64,000 nucleotides of DNA from an uncultured Actinomycetota bacterium (GCA_963699675.1 CAVOUS010000008.1:1126-65125); one strand, 5' to 3'. Numbered from the stretch's first letter, positions 51,994 through 62,422 are shown. Translations and numbers: made by a program. Notes: generated from the letters alone by a model not told the origin.

Positions 51994-53542
51994 CTATGGC
52001 AGCGTCACGGCCTGGTATCCGAGCAGCGTCCCGAGGAGGTTCGGCGGCGCTCCCTTCTGCACGATCGTCACGCCGGCGTAGTTGGTGCCCGAGCACCAGT
52101 TGCCGGGCGTGGTCGCGGTGGCCGGTGGCGACAGGGCGACGGAGATCAGCTTGCCCGGGGGCGGTGCGACGATCCGAGTGCCAACGGTGTCCGCGCACGT
52201 TCCTCCGGTGGTTGAGAGGGCCTCAAGCCCGATCTGGTACTCCTGACCGGCGGGGAGCGTCTCCTGTGTCCGGAAGCTGATGGTCACCGGAGCCGTCGCC
52301 GTCGCGGCCGGGTGGATCGACAGGCTGATCTTCTGGAGCTTCTCATACCCGCCGACCACGTGCGGCTTCCGCGCGCTGTTCAGCTCCACCAACTTGCCGT
52401 TGCGAATGTCGAACGGAATGCGCCCTGTCACGGCCTTGCCGGTCGGCGGGGTGATCGTGACCCGCCCGCCGCCACGGGCGGAGAACACCCCATGCGAGAA
52501 CGCGAACTGGATGATCTGGGTCGGCGGCGAGTAGTGGCTGAAGGCAAAGTGATAGCCCCATGCCGCGCCGTTGGTCTCTACGGTCGTGAACGTCCAGCTC
52601 TTCGGTTTTGAGACGACCGGCTTGAACGGGTTCCAGGCCAGCATGTCGGTCAGGCTCTGGAGCCAGGTCGCGTCGGTATGTGTGCCGGCGTGCTGGTCGA
52701 AATGGATGGAGTCGTCCGCCGCCCGCGCCTTCGCGGCGAACGCCAAGGATTCCTGATCGAACTCCCCCTCCTCGAACTGAGCTGTGGAGTTGTCCGTCTC
52801 CCCGGCGGTTGGAATGCCATTGCCGACACCGACGAAGAGCCGTGTGTGCTGGAGATTGCCGACCAGCGCGAGCGGGTCATGGCCGATGGCATAGAACTTG
52901 TCCGGCGGACCCCACAGGGTCGGGAACTGGGGATAGATACTGATGAAGTTGGGGCTCTCCGGTGAGAGAACGCCCGAAAACGATCCGGCGGTACCGAAGT
53001 AATCGGGGCGCTGGGAGGCGAGGTACATGGCGCCGTAACCGCCCATGGAGAGCCCGGCGATGACATGGTCCTGCCGGCTCGGGCAGACGTTGAGCCGATG
53101 AGCGACGAGCGGCACGAGGTCCTGGAGCACCCAGCTGCCCCACGCCGGATGCCGATATCCGTTCCACCAGTCGTTGATCCACCAGGAATATCCGCTGCCG
53201 CCCGGGACGACCAGGATCGCGGGAATGTTCATCTTCAAGAGCTGTCCGTTGCCGATCTGAAGCCATTGCAGGGAAACCGGCTGCGTCTGACCGGGGACCG
53301 CGGTGCCGTGGAGCAGGTAGATGACGGGCCAGCAGCTGCGCTGCTTGTAGCCGGTCGGAAGCACGACGCTGGTGATCAGCTTGCCGTTGACGGTGTCGAC
53401 CCCGGAGCTTGTCGTAGTCCTTCGGGTTGATCAGCTGCGTATTGGGCGTGTTCCAGCGTTCGACGGTGACCGCTCCCGCTGTCGACACGAAGACCGCGAG
53501 CAGCCCGATGCTCACCAGAACGACGACGATGCTGCGCCTCAT
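51994..53542 (-). pseudogene. Secreted esterase (antigen-85/PF00756-like alpha/beta hydrolase) with C-terminal beta domains; frameshift near 53400
   Basis: Signal peptide MRRSIVVVLVSIGLLAVFVSTAGA in one frame; VVLPTGY..PVIYLLHG..IAGLSMGGYGA..SFSG..HAGTH in the next. Confidence 0.82.
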
Positions 53543-53646
53543 TGCTGCTCCTCCACTGACAGGATTGCGTCCGCCCCATGCGGGACGACCCGCCTGGTCC
53601 TCAACCTGAGTGCGTCTGCCGGGCTTCCGTTCCGCGCCAGGCGATG

Positions 53647-53686
53647 CGCCAATTTAGCAAGGAATCCGCCGATTTAGCAACGAATC
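53647..53686. repeat. 20-bp AT-rich tandem direct repeat upstream of the esterase gene
   Basis: CGCCAATTTAGCAAGGAATC / CGCCGATTTAGCAACGAATC (18 of 20 identical). Confidence 0.8.
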
Positions 53687-53829
53687 TCATTGGGCACCGA
53701 CCGATGACCAGAAGCGCCGGTGCGTCTCCCTGCTCGTCGAGCGGCCAGGGACCTCGTCGCGGCCGGCGTGTGGAGCGCGGATCATCCGGAGCCTGGCGAC
53801 CAACCGCCAGCGATGTATCTGGGAAACGT

Positions 53830-55230
53830 CTAGCTCGGCAGCCAGGGGCCGCGCCAGCCGCCGAAGCCGGAGACGAGCTGCTCTGACTCGGCCGGCCCCC
53901 AGGAGCCCTGGGCGTAGGGGATCGACTTGGGTGGCGCGTCGAGCAGGGGCTGGAGCACGCGCCAGCACTGCTCGACGCTGTCCTGGCGGGTGAAGTGGCT
54001 GGCGTCGCCGATCAGCGCCGCGTGCAGGAGCACCTCGTAGGGGGTGGCGCCCTCGCCGCCCTCGTTGACGAATTGCATGTCGAGATCGATCTCGCTGGCG
54101 CCGGGCGTATCGGCGCGCTGGGCGTCGAGCACGATTCGGATTCCGGTCACCGGGTCGATCCGGAAGACGATCTGGCTCGGCGCCGGCCGGCGGCGGCCGC
54201 TGGGAATGAACGGCAGCTTCGGGGCATGGCGGAACACGAGGCGCAGCTCGGTCTGGGTGACCGGCAGCCGCTTGCCGGTGCGGATGAAGAACGGCACGCC
54301 CGACCACCGCCAGCTGTCGATCGCCAGCCGCAGGCCCACGTAGGTCTCGGTGTCCGAGTTCGAGCGCACGCCGTCGATCTCCCGATAGCCGTCGTACTGG
54401 CCACGCACATAGTGATCGGGCTCGGCGTCGGCCATCGCGGCGAACACCGCGTACTTGGCGTCCTTCTGGCTATCCGGGTCGCCGGACGCGGGCGGCTCCA
54501 TCGCGGCCGCGGCGACCATCTGGAGCAGATGGTTGACGACGACATCGCGCAGGGCGCCGACCGGGTCATAGAAGTGGCCGCGGTCCTGGACGCCGAAGCT
54601 CTCGGCCATCGTGATCTGCACCGCCGACACGTAGCTGCGGTTCCAGACCGGCTCCAGGATCGCATTGGCGAACCGCAGGTACAGGATCTCGTCGAGGCCC
54701 ATCTTGCCCAGGAAGTGGTCAATCCGGTAGATCTGAGGCTCCTCGAGGTACTTGTGCAGGTCGCGGGCGAGTGCCCGGGCGGAGTTGAGGTCATGACCGA
54801 ACGGCTTCTCGACGACGACGCGTCGTCCGCCCTGCACGAGCTTGGCCTCCGACAGGCCGGCGACGACCGTCGCGAACAGCGATGGTGGGATCTCGAGGTA
54901 GAAGACCGGATTCCCGCAGCCGGTCAGCTTCGCCGCGACCGCTTCGTAGGTGGCGCCGTCGCTGAAATCGCCGCGGACGTATGACAGCCGCTCGGCAAAG
55001 CGCTTCCAGACGGCGTCATCGATCGTCTCGCCGGATGCCTTGACCGCCTCCAGCGCGTGCTGGCGCAGCTGGTCCTCGGTCCAGTCGTCGACGGCGACGC
55101 CGATCACCCCGCAGTCGAGCAGCCCGCGTCGTTCGAGGCGGTACAGGGAGCGCAGCGTCATCTTGCGCGCGAGGTCACCGGTGATCCCGAACACGACCAG
55201 CGCATCTCCGGGGCGGGGCAGGGGGCTCAT
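53830..55230 (-). CDS. zwf: Glucose-6-phosphate dehydrogenase
   Basis: [51 protein letters not shown]. Confidence 0.97.
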   Translation of the reverse strand: MSPLPRPGDALVVFGITGDLARKMTLRSLYRLERRGLLDCGVIGVAVDDWTEDQLRQHALEAVKASGETIDDAVWKRFAERLSYVRGDFSDGATYEAVAAKLTGCGNPVFYLEIPPSLFATVVAGLSEAKLVQGGRRVVVEKPFGHDLNSARALARDLHKYLEEPQIYRIDHFLGKMGLDEILYLRFANAILEPVWNRSYVSAVQITMAESFGVQDRGHFYDPVGALRDVVVNHLLQMVAAAAMEPPASGDPDSQKDAKYAVFAAMADAEPDHYVRGQYDGYREIDGVRSNSDTETYVGLRLAIDSWRWSGVPFFIRTGKRLPVTQTELRLVFRHAPKLPFIPSGRRRPAPSQIVFRIDPVTGIRIVLDAQRADTPGASEIDLDMQFVNEGGEGATPYEVLLHAALIGDASHFTRQDSVEQCWRVLQPLLDAPPKSIPYAQGSWGPAESEQLVSGFGGWRGPWLPS

Positions 55231-55242
55231 GCCGCACGCACG

Positions 55243-56133
55243 CTAGCGGGATTTCCTGGCGCGGGTGGCGGCCCGGGCGCGGGACGCCTGGCCGCGCTTG
55301 CGCAGCGCGAAGCACAGCTCCACCTCTTCGCGGGTCGGTCCCTGGCGCTCGGGTCCCTGCGTCTCGATCACGAGCGGCAGCTTCTCGAACCGTGGCTCTG
55401 ACAGGTAGGCGGCGCACCCGCGTTCACCGAGCTCGCCGGTGCCGACGTTGGCATGGCGATCACGGTTGGAGCCCAGCGGGGTCTGCGAGTCGTTGAGGTG
55501 CAGCGCCCCGAGCCGCCGGAGACCGACGATCCGGTCGAAATCGTCGATCGTCTCCTCCAAGCCGGCGGCGGTGCGGATGTCATAGCCGGAGGCGAGCAGA
55601 TGACACGAGTCCAGGCACACGCCGAGGCGCCTGCCGCTCCCCGACGCGGAAATCAGGTCGGCGAGCTCCTCGAACGACCTCCCGAGGGTTCCGCCCGCTC
55701 CCGCCGTGTCCTCGAGGTACAGCGGGCAGCGCTCGGAGTCAGACAGCGCCTCCTTGATCACCGTGCCGGCCCGCTTGATCGCCAGCTTGACGTCACCCTG
55801 CTTGGCCGAGCCCGGGTGCAGCACGACACCGGCCGCCCCGATCCCGGCGCCGACCCGCAGCGACTGGATGAGCGATGTACGGGACTTGCTGCGGATCTCG
55901 GCGTCCTCGGACGCGCAGTTGAGCAGGTAGACCGCGTGGATGAGCACGGCCTTGACCGGGCTCGGCTTCATCGCTCTGCGGAAGGCGGCGAAGTCGTCCT
56001 CGTCGTAGGCGGTCGGCCGCCACATCCGTGGCGACTGGTTGAAGATCTGGATCGCCTGACAGCCGCGCTCGGCTCCCCGCTCGATGGCGTTGGGTAGGCC
56101 ACCGGCCGGTGATACGTGGGCGCCGATTAGCAT
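55243..56133 (-). CDS. nfo: Endonuclease IV (AP endonuclease family 2)
   Basis: IGAHVS, IQIF..SP, IHAVYLLN, VLHPGS, LEDTAG, CLDSCH, LHLNDS, DRHANVG.G, IET. Confidence 0.95.
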   Translation of the reverse strand: MLIGAHVSPAGGLPNAIERGAERGCQAIQIFNQSPRMWRPTAYDEDDFAAFRRAMKPSPVKAVLIHAVYLLNCASEDAEIRSKSRTSLIQSLRVGAGIGAAGVVLHPGSAKQGDVKLAIKRAGTVIKEALSDSERCPLYLEDTAGAGGTLGRSFEELADLISASGSGRRLGVCLDSCHLLASGYDIRTAAGLEETIDDFDRIVGLRRLGALHLNDSQTPLGSNRDRHANVGTGELGERGCAAYLSEPRFEKLPLVIETQGPERQGPTREEVELCFALRKRGQASRARAATRARKSR

Positions 56134-56142
56134 GCTTGGATC

Positions 56143-57492
56143 ATGTCCTTGAGAGTCAGATTTGCTCCATCCCCGACCGGGGCACTGCACATCGGTGGCG
56201 CGCGAACGGCGCTGTACAACTGGCTGCTGGCGCGGGGCCAGGGCGGCACCCTCGTGCTGAGGATCGAAGATACCGACCGGACGCGGTCCACGCCGGAGAA
56301 CGTCGACCAGATCCTCGACGCCCTGCGGTGGCTGAACCTCGATTTCGACGAGGGGCCGATCTTCCAATCCCAGCGGGCCGAGCGGCACGCCGAGGCACTC
56401 GACCAGCTTCTGACCAGCGGACACGCCTACCACTCCGCCGCCACCGCCGACGACGTCCGCGCCTACAAGGAGCGCCACGGCGCCGACCGCGGCTTCCGGG
56501 GCGAGGCCGAGCCTGCCGGAGCGGTCCGGCTGCGGGTTCCCGACGGCGGCGACACGCTCGTCCACGACGTGATCCGCGGCGAGACGCGGTTCCCGAACGT
56601 CAACCTCGACGACCCGGTCATCGCCCGGGCGGACGGCTCGGTGCTCTACAACTTCGCCGTCGCGATCGACGACCTCGACGCCGGCATCACCCACGTCGTC
56701 CGCGGCGAGGACCACCTCTCCAACACCCCCAAGCAGCTGCTGGTGCTCGAAGCGCTCGGCGCCGAGCCCCCCCAGTACGCGCACCTGCCGCTGCTGCACG
56801 GCCCCGATGGGCGCAAGCTGTCCAAGCGCCACGGCGCCGCGTCGGTGCAGGAGCTGCGCGACGCCGGCTATCTGCCCGAGGCGGTCGACAACTACATCGC
56901 GTTGCTGGGCGCCGGCTTCGCCTCTGACGAGGAGTTCTTCACCTTGCCGGAGCTGGCCGGGCGCTTCCGCCTGGAACGGGTCTCCAAGAACCCCGCCGTG
57001 TTCGACGAGCACAAGCTCCGTCATCTCAACGGACGCCACCTCCGGGAGCTGAGCAGCGACGAGCTGACCGAGCGCCTGGAGCAGTTCACCGGCCGAACCG
57101 GTCTGCACGGCGCGGTGGAGATCGCCGCGGAGAAGATCCAGACGCTCGCTGACTTCTGGCCGCTCGTCTCGTTCCTGTTCGACGGCCCCGTCGACGATCC
57201 GGCCGCGTTTGACAAGACGATCCGGCGCGACGGCGGAGTGGAGGCCCTGACCGCGGCGCGGCAGGCGCTCGCGCAGGCCGAGCCGTTCGACGTGTCCGGG
57301 GTCGAGCAGGCGCTGCGCGGCGTCGTCGAGCGGACCGAGACCAAGCCGGCGAAGGTGTTTCAGCCGGTGCGGGTCGCGATTGCCGGTCAGACCGTCTCGC
57401 CCGGTATCTTCGAAAGTGTGGCGCTGCTCGGAAAGAACGAGACCCTGGCGAGAATCGATTCCGCTCTCTCGCGCGCGCAGGACCACCCCTGA
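56143..57492 (+). CDS. gltX: Glutamate--tRNA ligase
   Basis: RFAPSPTGALHIGG, LRIEDTD, HVVRGEDH, KLSKRHG, anticodon domain SPGIFE. Confidence 0.97.
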   Translation: MSLRVRFAPSPTGALHIGGARTALYNWLLARGQGGTLVLRIEDTDRTRSTPENVDQILDALRWLNLDFDEGPIFQSQRAERHAEALDQLLTSGHAYHSAATADDVRAYKERHGADRGFRGEAEPAGAVRLRVPDGGDTLVHDVIRGETRFPNVNLDDPVIARADGSVLYNFAVAIDDLDAGITHVVRGEDHLSNTPKQLLVLEALGAEPPQYAHLPLLHGPDGRKLSKRHGAASVQELRDAGYLPEAVDNYIALLGAGFASDEEFFTLPELAGRFRLERVSKNPAVFDEHKLRHLNGRHLRELSSDELTERLEQFTGRTGLHGAVEIAAEKIQTLADFWPLVSFLFDGPVDDPAAFDKTIRRDGGVEALTAARQALAQAEPFDVSGVEQALRGVVERTETKPAKVFQPVRVAIAGQTVSPGIFESVALLGKNETLARIDSALSRAQDHP

Positions 57493-57621
57493 GCGCGGCC
57501 TTCTGACACCGGGCTAAACCGCGATCGGACATCTGCCGATATAGCGATTGAAGGTTGGGGAAGAGCTGATTCTGCCCAAGACGATAGGCCCGAGCCCGGG
57601 TAACGAAGGGATGCGATCCCG

Positions 57622-58704
57622 GTGGCAACCGCTGCTTTGAAGACTGTGCCGACTGACCCGTACGCCGCGCGCGAGCGCCATCACAACGAAGGCCACGGCC
57701 GGCGGCTGACCACGGCGTTCGAAGCGCTCGAGGCCTATCCCGTGCTGGTCGAGTCACGCAACCGCGTGCTGCGCCTGTTCGAGGACGGGGAGCCCGCCGT
57801 CGGCGACGTCGTGGCGGCTGTCGAGGCTGACGTAGCCCTGTCGGTGACGGTCGTGCGTCTCGCCAACCAGGTCGAGGGCCCGACCCGCGGCCGCGTCGAC
57901 AGCGTCGTCAACGGCGTCGATGTGCTCTCACCCCGCACCGTGCACGCCATCGCCAGCCGTGCCCGCACCTTTGACTTCTTCGAGCGCACCGCCGTCTGGC
58001 AGGGGATTCCCGAGCGCTTCCGGCTGCACTCGGTGGCCACCCAGCGCGCCGCCGACCGCCTGGCGCGAGAGATCGAGTACGACGCCCGTGATCGCCTGAT
58101 GGTCACCTCCCTGCTGCACGACATCGGCAAGCTCGTGCTCGTCCACGCCTACCCGGGGTACCCCGGCCAGGTCCACGGCGATGCCCGCACCCCGGAGGAT
58201 CGCCTCCAGCGCGAGCGCCGTGAGCTCGGCGTCGACCATGCGCTCGTCGGCGGCGTCCTCGCCCGCCGCTGGGCGCTGCCCAAGTCGATCGCCAGCGTCA
58301 TCGAGCGCCACCACGCCGAGGACTCCACCGGTGAGGCCGCCCTCGTCCGCCTCGCCGACATGCTCGCTCACTATGTGCTCGGCGGTTCGATCACCCCGGC
58401 CGAACTGCTGGCGGTGGCCCGCACGATCGGTCTGTCGCCCGCGAGCCTGCGCAAGGTGATGTACGAGCTGCCGCTGCCCGCCCTGAGCGACCGGCCCCGT
58501 CGGATCGAGCCATGCCCGATGTCCACCCGTGAGGTCGACGTGCTGCGGCGCCTCGCCAAGGGGATGGTCTACAAGCAGATCGCCGCTGAGCTCGGGCTGT
58601 CGACGAGCACGATCCGCACCCACCTGCACAACGTGTACGGCAAGCTCGGCGCGATGGATCGCGCCCAGGCGGTCCTGATCGCCACCGAGCGCGGCTGGAT
58701 CTAG
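57622..58704 (+). CDS. HDOD-domain protein with C-terminal LuxR HTH
   Basis: VEADVALSVTVVRLAN, LLHDIGKL, LGVDHALVGGVLARRWALP, then STREVDVLRRLAKGMVYKQIAAELGLSTSTIRTHLHNVYGKL. Confidence 0.9.
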   Translation: MATAALKTVPTDPYAARERHHNEGHGRRLTTAFEALEAYPVLVESRNRVLRLFEDGEPAVGDVVAAVEADVALSVTVVRLANQVEGPTRGRVDSVVNGVDVLSPRTVHAIASRARTFDFFERTAVWQGIPERFRLHSVATQRAADRLAREIEYDARDRLMVTSLLHDIGKLVLVHAYPGYPGQVHGDARTPEDRLQRERRELGVDHALVGGVLARRWALPKSIASVIERHHAEDSTGEAALVRLADMLAHYVLGGSITPAELLAVARTIGLSPASLRKVMYELPLPALSDRPRRIEPCPMSTREVDVLRRLAKGMVYKQIAAELGLSTSTIRTHLHNVYGKLGAMDRAQAVLIATERGWI

Positions 58705-58772
58705 AACCGCTCGTCGCTTGAAGCGCCGCGTCCTGAAAACGCTGGTGAAAGCTTGAGAGCTTTGAGAAGATT

Positions 58773-58801
58773 TTGGACGGATTGGCGAACTCTGCTACCT
58801 T
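58773..58801 (+). promoter_or_regulatory. Sigma70-type promoter for the epimerase-GT2 pair
   Basis: TTGGAC-N17-TACCTT in an AT-rich intergenic region. Confidence 0.55.
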
Positions 58802-58876
58802 GAGCGCAGAAATAGCTTCGAGTCACGGGGGGCCGTGCAGGGACTTGAAGCATTAGTCATCAGCTAAGGACGGTGA

Positions 58877-60001
58877 GTGACAATGCCAGATCGCGTTCTC
58901 GTGACCGGGGGTGCCGGTTTCATCGGGTCCCATGTCGTAGAGCTCTTGCTTGAGAAGGGGTATGAGGTCGTCGTTTACGACGCCCTGGTCGAGCAGGTCC
59001 ACCGCGGAGCCGGACCGGTCTACGTGCCGGCGGACGCACGTTTCATCCGGGGGGATGTTCGCGACCGCGATGCCCTCGGGGCGGCGTTGGAAGGGGTCGA
59101 CGCGGTTCTCCATCTCGCCGCTGAAGTGGGCGTGGGCCAGTCGATGTATGAGATCTCGCGCTACGTCGATGCCAATACGAGTGGCACCGGCGTCCTGCTT
59201 GATCTGATCGCCAATCAGGAGACACAGGTCCAGCGGATCGTGGTCGCGTCGTCGATGTCGATCTACGGCGAGGGTGCTTATGTCTGTGCCACGCATGGCC
59301 TGATGCACCCGGGGCTGCGGTCCAGCGCGCAGCTCGCCGAGCGTGACTGGGAGCTTCGGTGCCCGGAATGCGGTGAGGCGCTGATCCCGACCGGGACATC
59401 GGAGCTCAAACCGCTTCGGCCGACGTCGGTCTACGCCATCTCGAAGATGGATCAGGAGCTGCTGTGCCTGTCTGTCGGCGGCGCGTACGACCTCGGCGTG
59501 GTGGCGTTGCGGTACTTCAACACCTATGGACCGCGTCAGTCACTGTCAAATCCGTACACCGGAGTGGCCGCGATCTTCAGCAGCCGGCTCCTCAATGGGC
59601 GGTCTCCGCTCGCGTTCGAGGATGGCCAGCAGCTCCGGGATTTCATCCATGTCAGGGATGTGGCGCGCGCAACAGTGCAGGCGCTCGAGTCTCCGGCCGC
59701 CGACGGACAGGCGATCAACGTCGGCGCCGATGCGCCGATGACGGTCGTCCAGGTCGCCGAAAGTCTGGCCGGCGCCCTCGGCGTCGATCTCCTCCCGGAA
59801 CTCACGGGCACCGCGCGCGCTGGTGACATCCGCCATTGCTACGCGGACATGACCAAGGCGGCGGAGCTGCTGGACTTCCGGCCCGAGGTCAGTTTCGAAG
59901 CGGGGATCGGCGAGTTGATCGAGTGGCTGTCCGATCAACAGGCCGACGACCTCGTCGACCGGGCGCAGCGTGAGCTGTCCAGCCGCGGCCTGGCTCGCTG
60001 A
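58877..60001 (+). CDS. NAD-dependent nucleotide-sugar epimerase/dehydratase (extended SDR) with a Cys/His insert
   Basis: VTGGAGFIGSH, HLAAEVG, ASSMSIYGE, YVCATHG..CPECG, YAISK, RYFNTYGP, RDFIHVRD, GDIRH. Confidence 0.92.
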   Translation: MTMPDRVLVTGGAGFIGSHVVELLLEKGYEVVVYDALVEQVHRGAGPVYVPADARFIRGDVRDRDALGAALEGVDAVLHLAAEVGVGQSMYEISRYVDANTSGTGVLLDLIANQETQVQRIVVASSMSIYGEGAYVCATHGLMHPGLRSSAQLAERDWELRCPECGEALIPTGTSELKPLRPTSVYAISKMDQELLCLSVGGAYDLGVVALRYFNTYGPRQSLSNPYTGVAAIFSSRLLNGRSPLAFEDGQQLRDFIHVRDVARATVQALESPAADGQAINVGADAPMTVVQVAESLAGALGVDLLPELTGTARAGDIRHCYADMTKAAELLDFRPEVSFEAGIGELIEWLSDQQADDLVDRAQRELSSRGLAR

Positions 60002-60006
60002 CCGGC

Positions 60007-61452
60007 GTGCCAACTCCTGTAGCCGCGCTCTACGCGATCGTCGAGGTCGCCTACCTGGCCTGCCTCCTGGTCGTCCTCTGGATGTACACGCGCCGCGTCG
60101 ATCTGGTTGACATCGACGCCGCCGTCCGCTCCTCGAAGGCCGAGGACTGCCCGGACATCATCGTTCTGTATCCGGTGCTCGACGAACTCGAGAGCACCAT
60201 GCGAACGGCGATGCTCGGATTCGACCGTGCGGAGTATCCGCGCGGGACCCGGCGCGTCATCGCCATCCCCAACGCCGACGATCAGGCGACGATCGCCTCT
60301 CTGCAGCGAATCGCGGCGGACTACTCGTTCCTCGAGGTGCTTCCGGTTCCCCCGACCGAGGACCCGCGATGGGAACCGGTCTGGAACGCCTGGGACGGCA
60401 ATGTCAAGGCGTATTGGTGGCATGTCGGCAAACGGCACCACGAGCGGGCGCTGCCGCCGAAGAAAACCCGCCAGCTGACATACGCGTTCTACACCGTCGC
60501 GTCCGCCTATCCGGATGCGCTGCTGTCCTACATCGACGCCGACAGCGTGGTGCCTCCGGATTACTTCCTCACGGCGGCGGGCGGTATCAAGGACTACGAC
60601 GTCATCCAGAACACCAACGTCGCCGGCAACGCGTTGCACACGTGGGCGACCTCGATGTTCGCGATGGACCACATGTCGTGGGACGGGTCGCTGTATCAGC
60701 ACATGTCGGCGGGCGGGCGCCAGCCGTTCTACGTGCTCGGCAAGGGTCTGTTCTTTCGTATCTCAGACCTGATCGAGGTGGGCGGCTTCCATCCGTGGCT
60801 CACCATCGAAGATCCCGAGATCGGGATGAGGTTGTGGACGAACGGCCGACGGTTGGGGATCGTTCGCAGTCCGTTGATCGAAGAGGTACCGAGCACGTTC
60901 GCTCACGGCGTTACTCAGCGGAAACGCTGGGTCGCCGGCTTCTTTCAGTCACTCGGCGCGCCGCTGACGCTCATGGGGATGAGCTGGCGGCAGCGGATCC
61001 GCGCACGCTTGAACTTTGTTCCGTGCCTATCACTGTTGATCTGCCCGATCGGGTTCACCGTGGGCGTCTGGGCGTTTGTCGCCGCTGTCACGGCGAATCG
61101 GCGCGTCATCGACACCCCACTGGAGGCATTGTCGGCCACGACGATTGCGCTGATGGTCGTCGTCGTCAGCCTCTCGCAGCGCGCGGCCCTCAGACAGACC
61201 CGGCTGTTCCTCGTTCACCGCCGCGAGCGGGTGAAGCTGATGTTGCGGGTCAACCCGATCTTCGTCTTCGCCTTCTGGATCTGGTGGGCGATCCCGCTGG
61301 CGATCGGTTTCTCGATGTTCGTGCGTGACACCGGATTGCGCTGGGAGCGCACGCGCAAGATCGACGCGAACCACACTCTGGTCCGCGACGAGCTTCCGAT
61401 TCTGATCGAGCACGCCGAGTACGCGCACGAGATGGCCGGCGCCGGGGGGTAG
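60007..61452 (+). CDS. Membrane GT2 glycosyltransferase (processive-type motifs)
   Basis: YPVLDE, KTRQL, YIDADS, TIEDPEIG, QRKRW; N-terminal TM and several C-terminal TMs. Confidence 0.88.
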   Translation: MPTPVAALYAIVEVAYLACLLVVLWMYTRRVDLVDIDAAVRSSKAEDCPDIIVLYPVLDELESTMRTAMLGFDRAEYPRGTRRVIAIPNADDQATIASLQRIAADYSFLEVLPVPPTEDPRWEPVWNAWDGNVKAYWWHVGKRHHERALPPKKTRQLTYAFYTVASAYPDALLSYIDADSVVPPDYFLTAAGGIKDYDVIQNTNVAGNALHTWATSMFAMDHMSWDGSLYQHMSAGGRQPFYVLGKGLFFRISDLIEVGGFHPWLTIEDPEIGMRLWTNGRRLGIVRSPLIEEVPSTFAHGVTQRKRWVAGFFQSLGAPLTLMGMSWRQRIRARLNFVPCLSLLICPIGFTVGVWAFVAAVTANRRVIDTPLEALSATTIALMVVVVSLSQRAALRQTRLFLVHRRERVKLMLRVNPIFVFAFWIWWAIPLAIGFSMFVRDTGLRWERTRKIDANHTLVRDELPILIEHAEYAHEMAGAGG

Positions 61453-61470
61453 CGCTGGGTCCGAGCTGGA

Positions 61471-61734
61471 TCAGCCGGGCAGGCCGAGCTGAGTCAGGCT
61501 CACGTCCGAGTCAAACCACCCGCGGCGCAGGTCAGCGGCGCTGACCGTGTATCCGCTGACCACGGGCAGCCCGTACCCGTCCAGCGTCACGTCGGTCCGG
61601 TGATCGCAATAGACGTCGAACTGGCGGCCGCGCACGCGCAGCTGGAGCGTGGGCCAGCGTTTGGGGCGCAGGTCCTCCCACCGGTCGGAGGTGCCCGACT
61701 CCAGGTGCTCCAGAAGCTGTGATGCGTGGTCCAT
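61471..61734 (-). CDS. Small hypothetical protein
   Basis: 87-aa globular-looking ORF converging on the GT2 gene; no family recognised. Confidence 0.5.
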   Translation of the reverse strand: MDHASQLLEHLESGTSDRWEDLRPKRWPTLQLRVRGRQFDVYCDHRTDVTLDGYGLPVVSGYTVSAADLRRGWFDSDVSLTQLGLPG

Positions 61735-62029
61735 TGATCCCTCTCGCGCTGTCGCTGGGACGGAGAATCGCTCGTTTCGGTCGATCCCCCCAGTTTGCCC
61801 GCCTGTTTTTCTCGCTAATCGGACGCTTTTCCTGCCACTTGAACAGAGCCCGACCCCGATCGGTGATCAGGTCTGGAGGATCCTTCGGCACAGCGACGCC
61901 ATCTGAGGACTGCCGGGAGCCGCAGACGGACGAATGGAGTGGTCGGTCCGCGGCGGCGGGCGGCGCAAGAGGGTGGACGGCACGGCTCTCGCGCCGCATT
62001 GTCGGGGCGTCGCTTAGCATTGACGCGGC

Positions 62030-62422
62030 ATGATCTCGATCACGACCAAGTCGCCGTATGCCCTCAGCGCGCTGGTCGAGCTCTGTTGCCAGGGCGCCAC
62101 CGGTCCGGTCCCGATCGCCGAGCTGGCCCGGCGCCGCCAGATCCCGGTGCAGTTCCTCGAGCATCTGTTCGCGACGCTGCGGCGCGCCGGCATTCTCAGC
62201 TCCCAGCGCGGCGTGAAGGGGGGCTACAGCTTTGCCCGGCCGGCGAGCGAGGTGACGGTCCTGGAGCTCGTCGAGCTGCTCGACGGGCCCCTGGGGGTGG
62301 GCGCCACCGGCGTGTTCGCCGAAGCCGCGCAGGCTGCCAGCGCGGTCCTGCGCGAGGCCACCGTGGCCTCGATCGCCGAGCAGGAAATCCACTCCGCCGG
62401 CGCGCCGATGTACCACATCTGA
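62030..62422 (+). CDS. Rrf2-family regulator (CymR-like, no Fe-S Cys triad)
   Basis: ISITTKSPYAL..L, IAELARRRQIPVQFLEHLFATLRRAGILSSQRGVKGGYSFARPASEV; next to cysK-cysE. Confidence 0.9.
   Translation: MISITTKSPYALSALVELCCQGATGPVPIAELARRRQIPVQFLEHLFATLRRAGILSSQRGVKGGYSFARPASEVTVLELVELLDGPLGVGATGVFAEAAQAASAVLREATVASIAEQEIHSAGAPMYHI

Noticed and set aside
55243-57486. 747-aa ORF suggesting a long N-terminal extension of endonuclease IV
   Set aside because: The part above 56133 is antisense to gltX; nfo homology starts at MLIGAHVS (ATG 56133)
61735-62029. Possible SAM or other sulfur riboswitch upstream of Rrf2-cysK
   Set aside because: No SAM-I or SAM-IV core recognised, and a -10 hexamer 9 nt before the Rrf2 ATG leaves no leader
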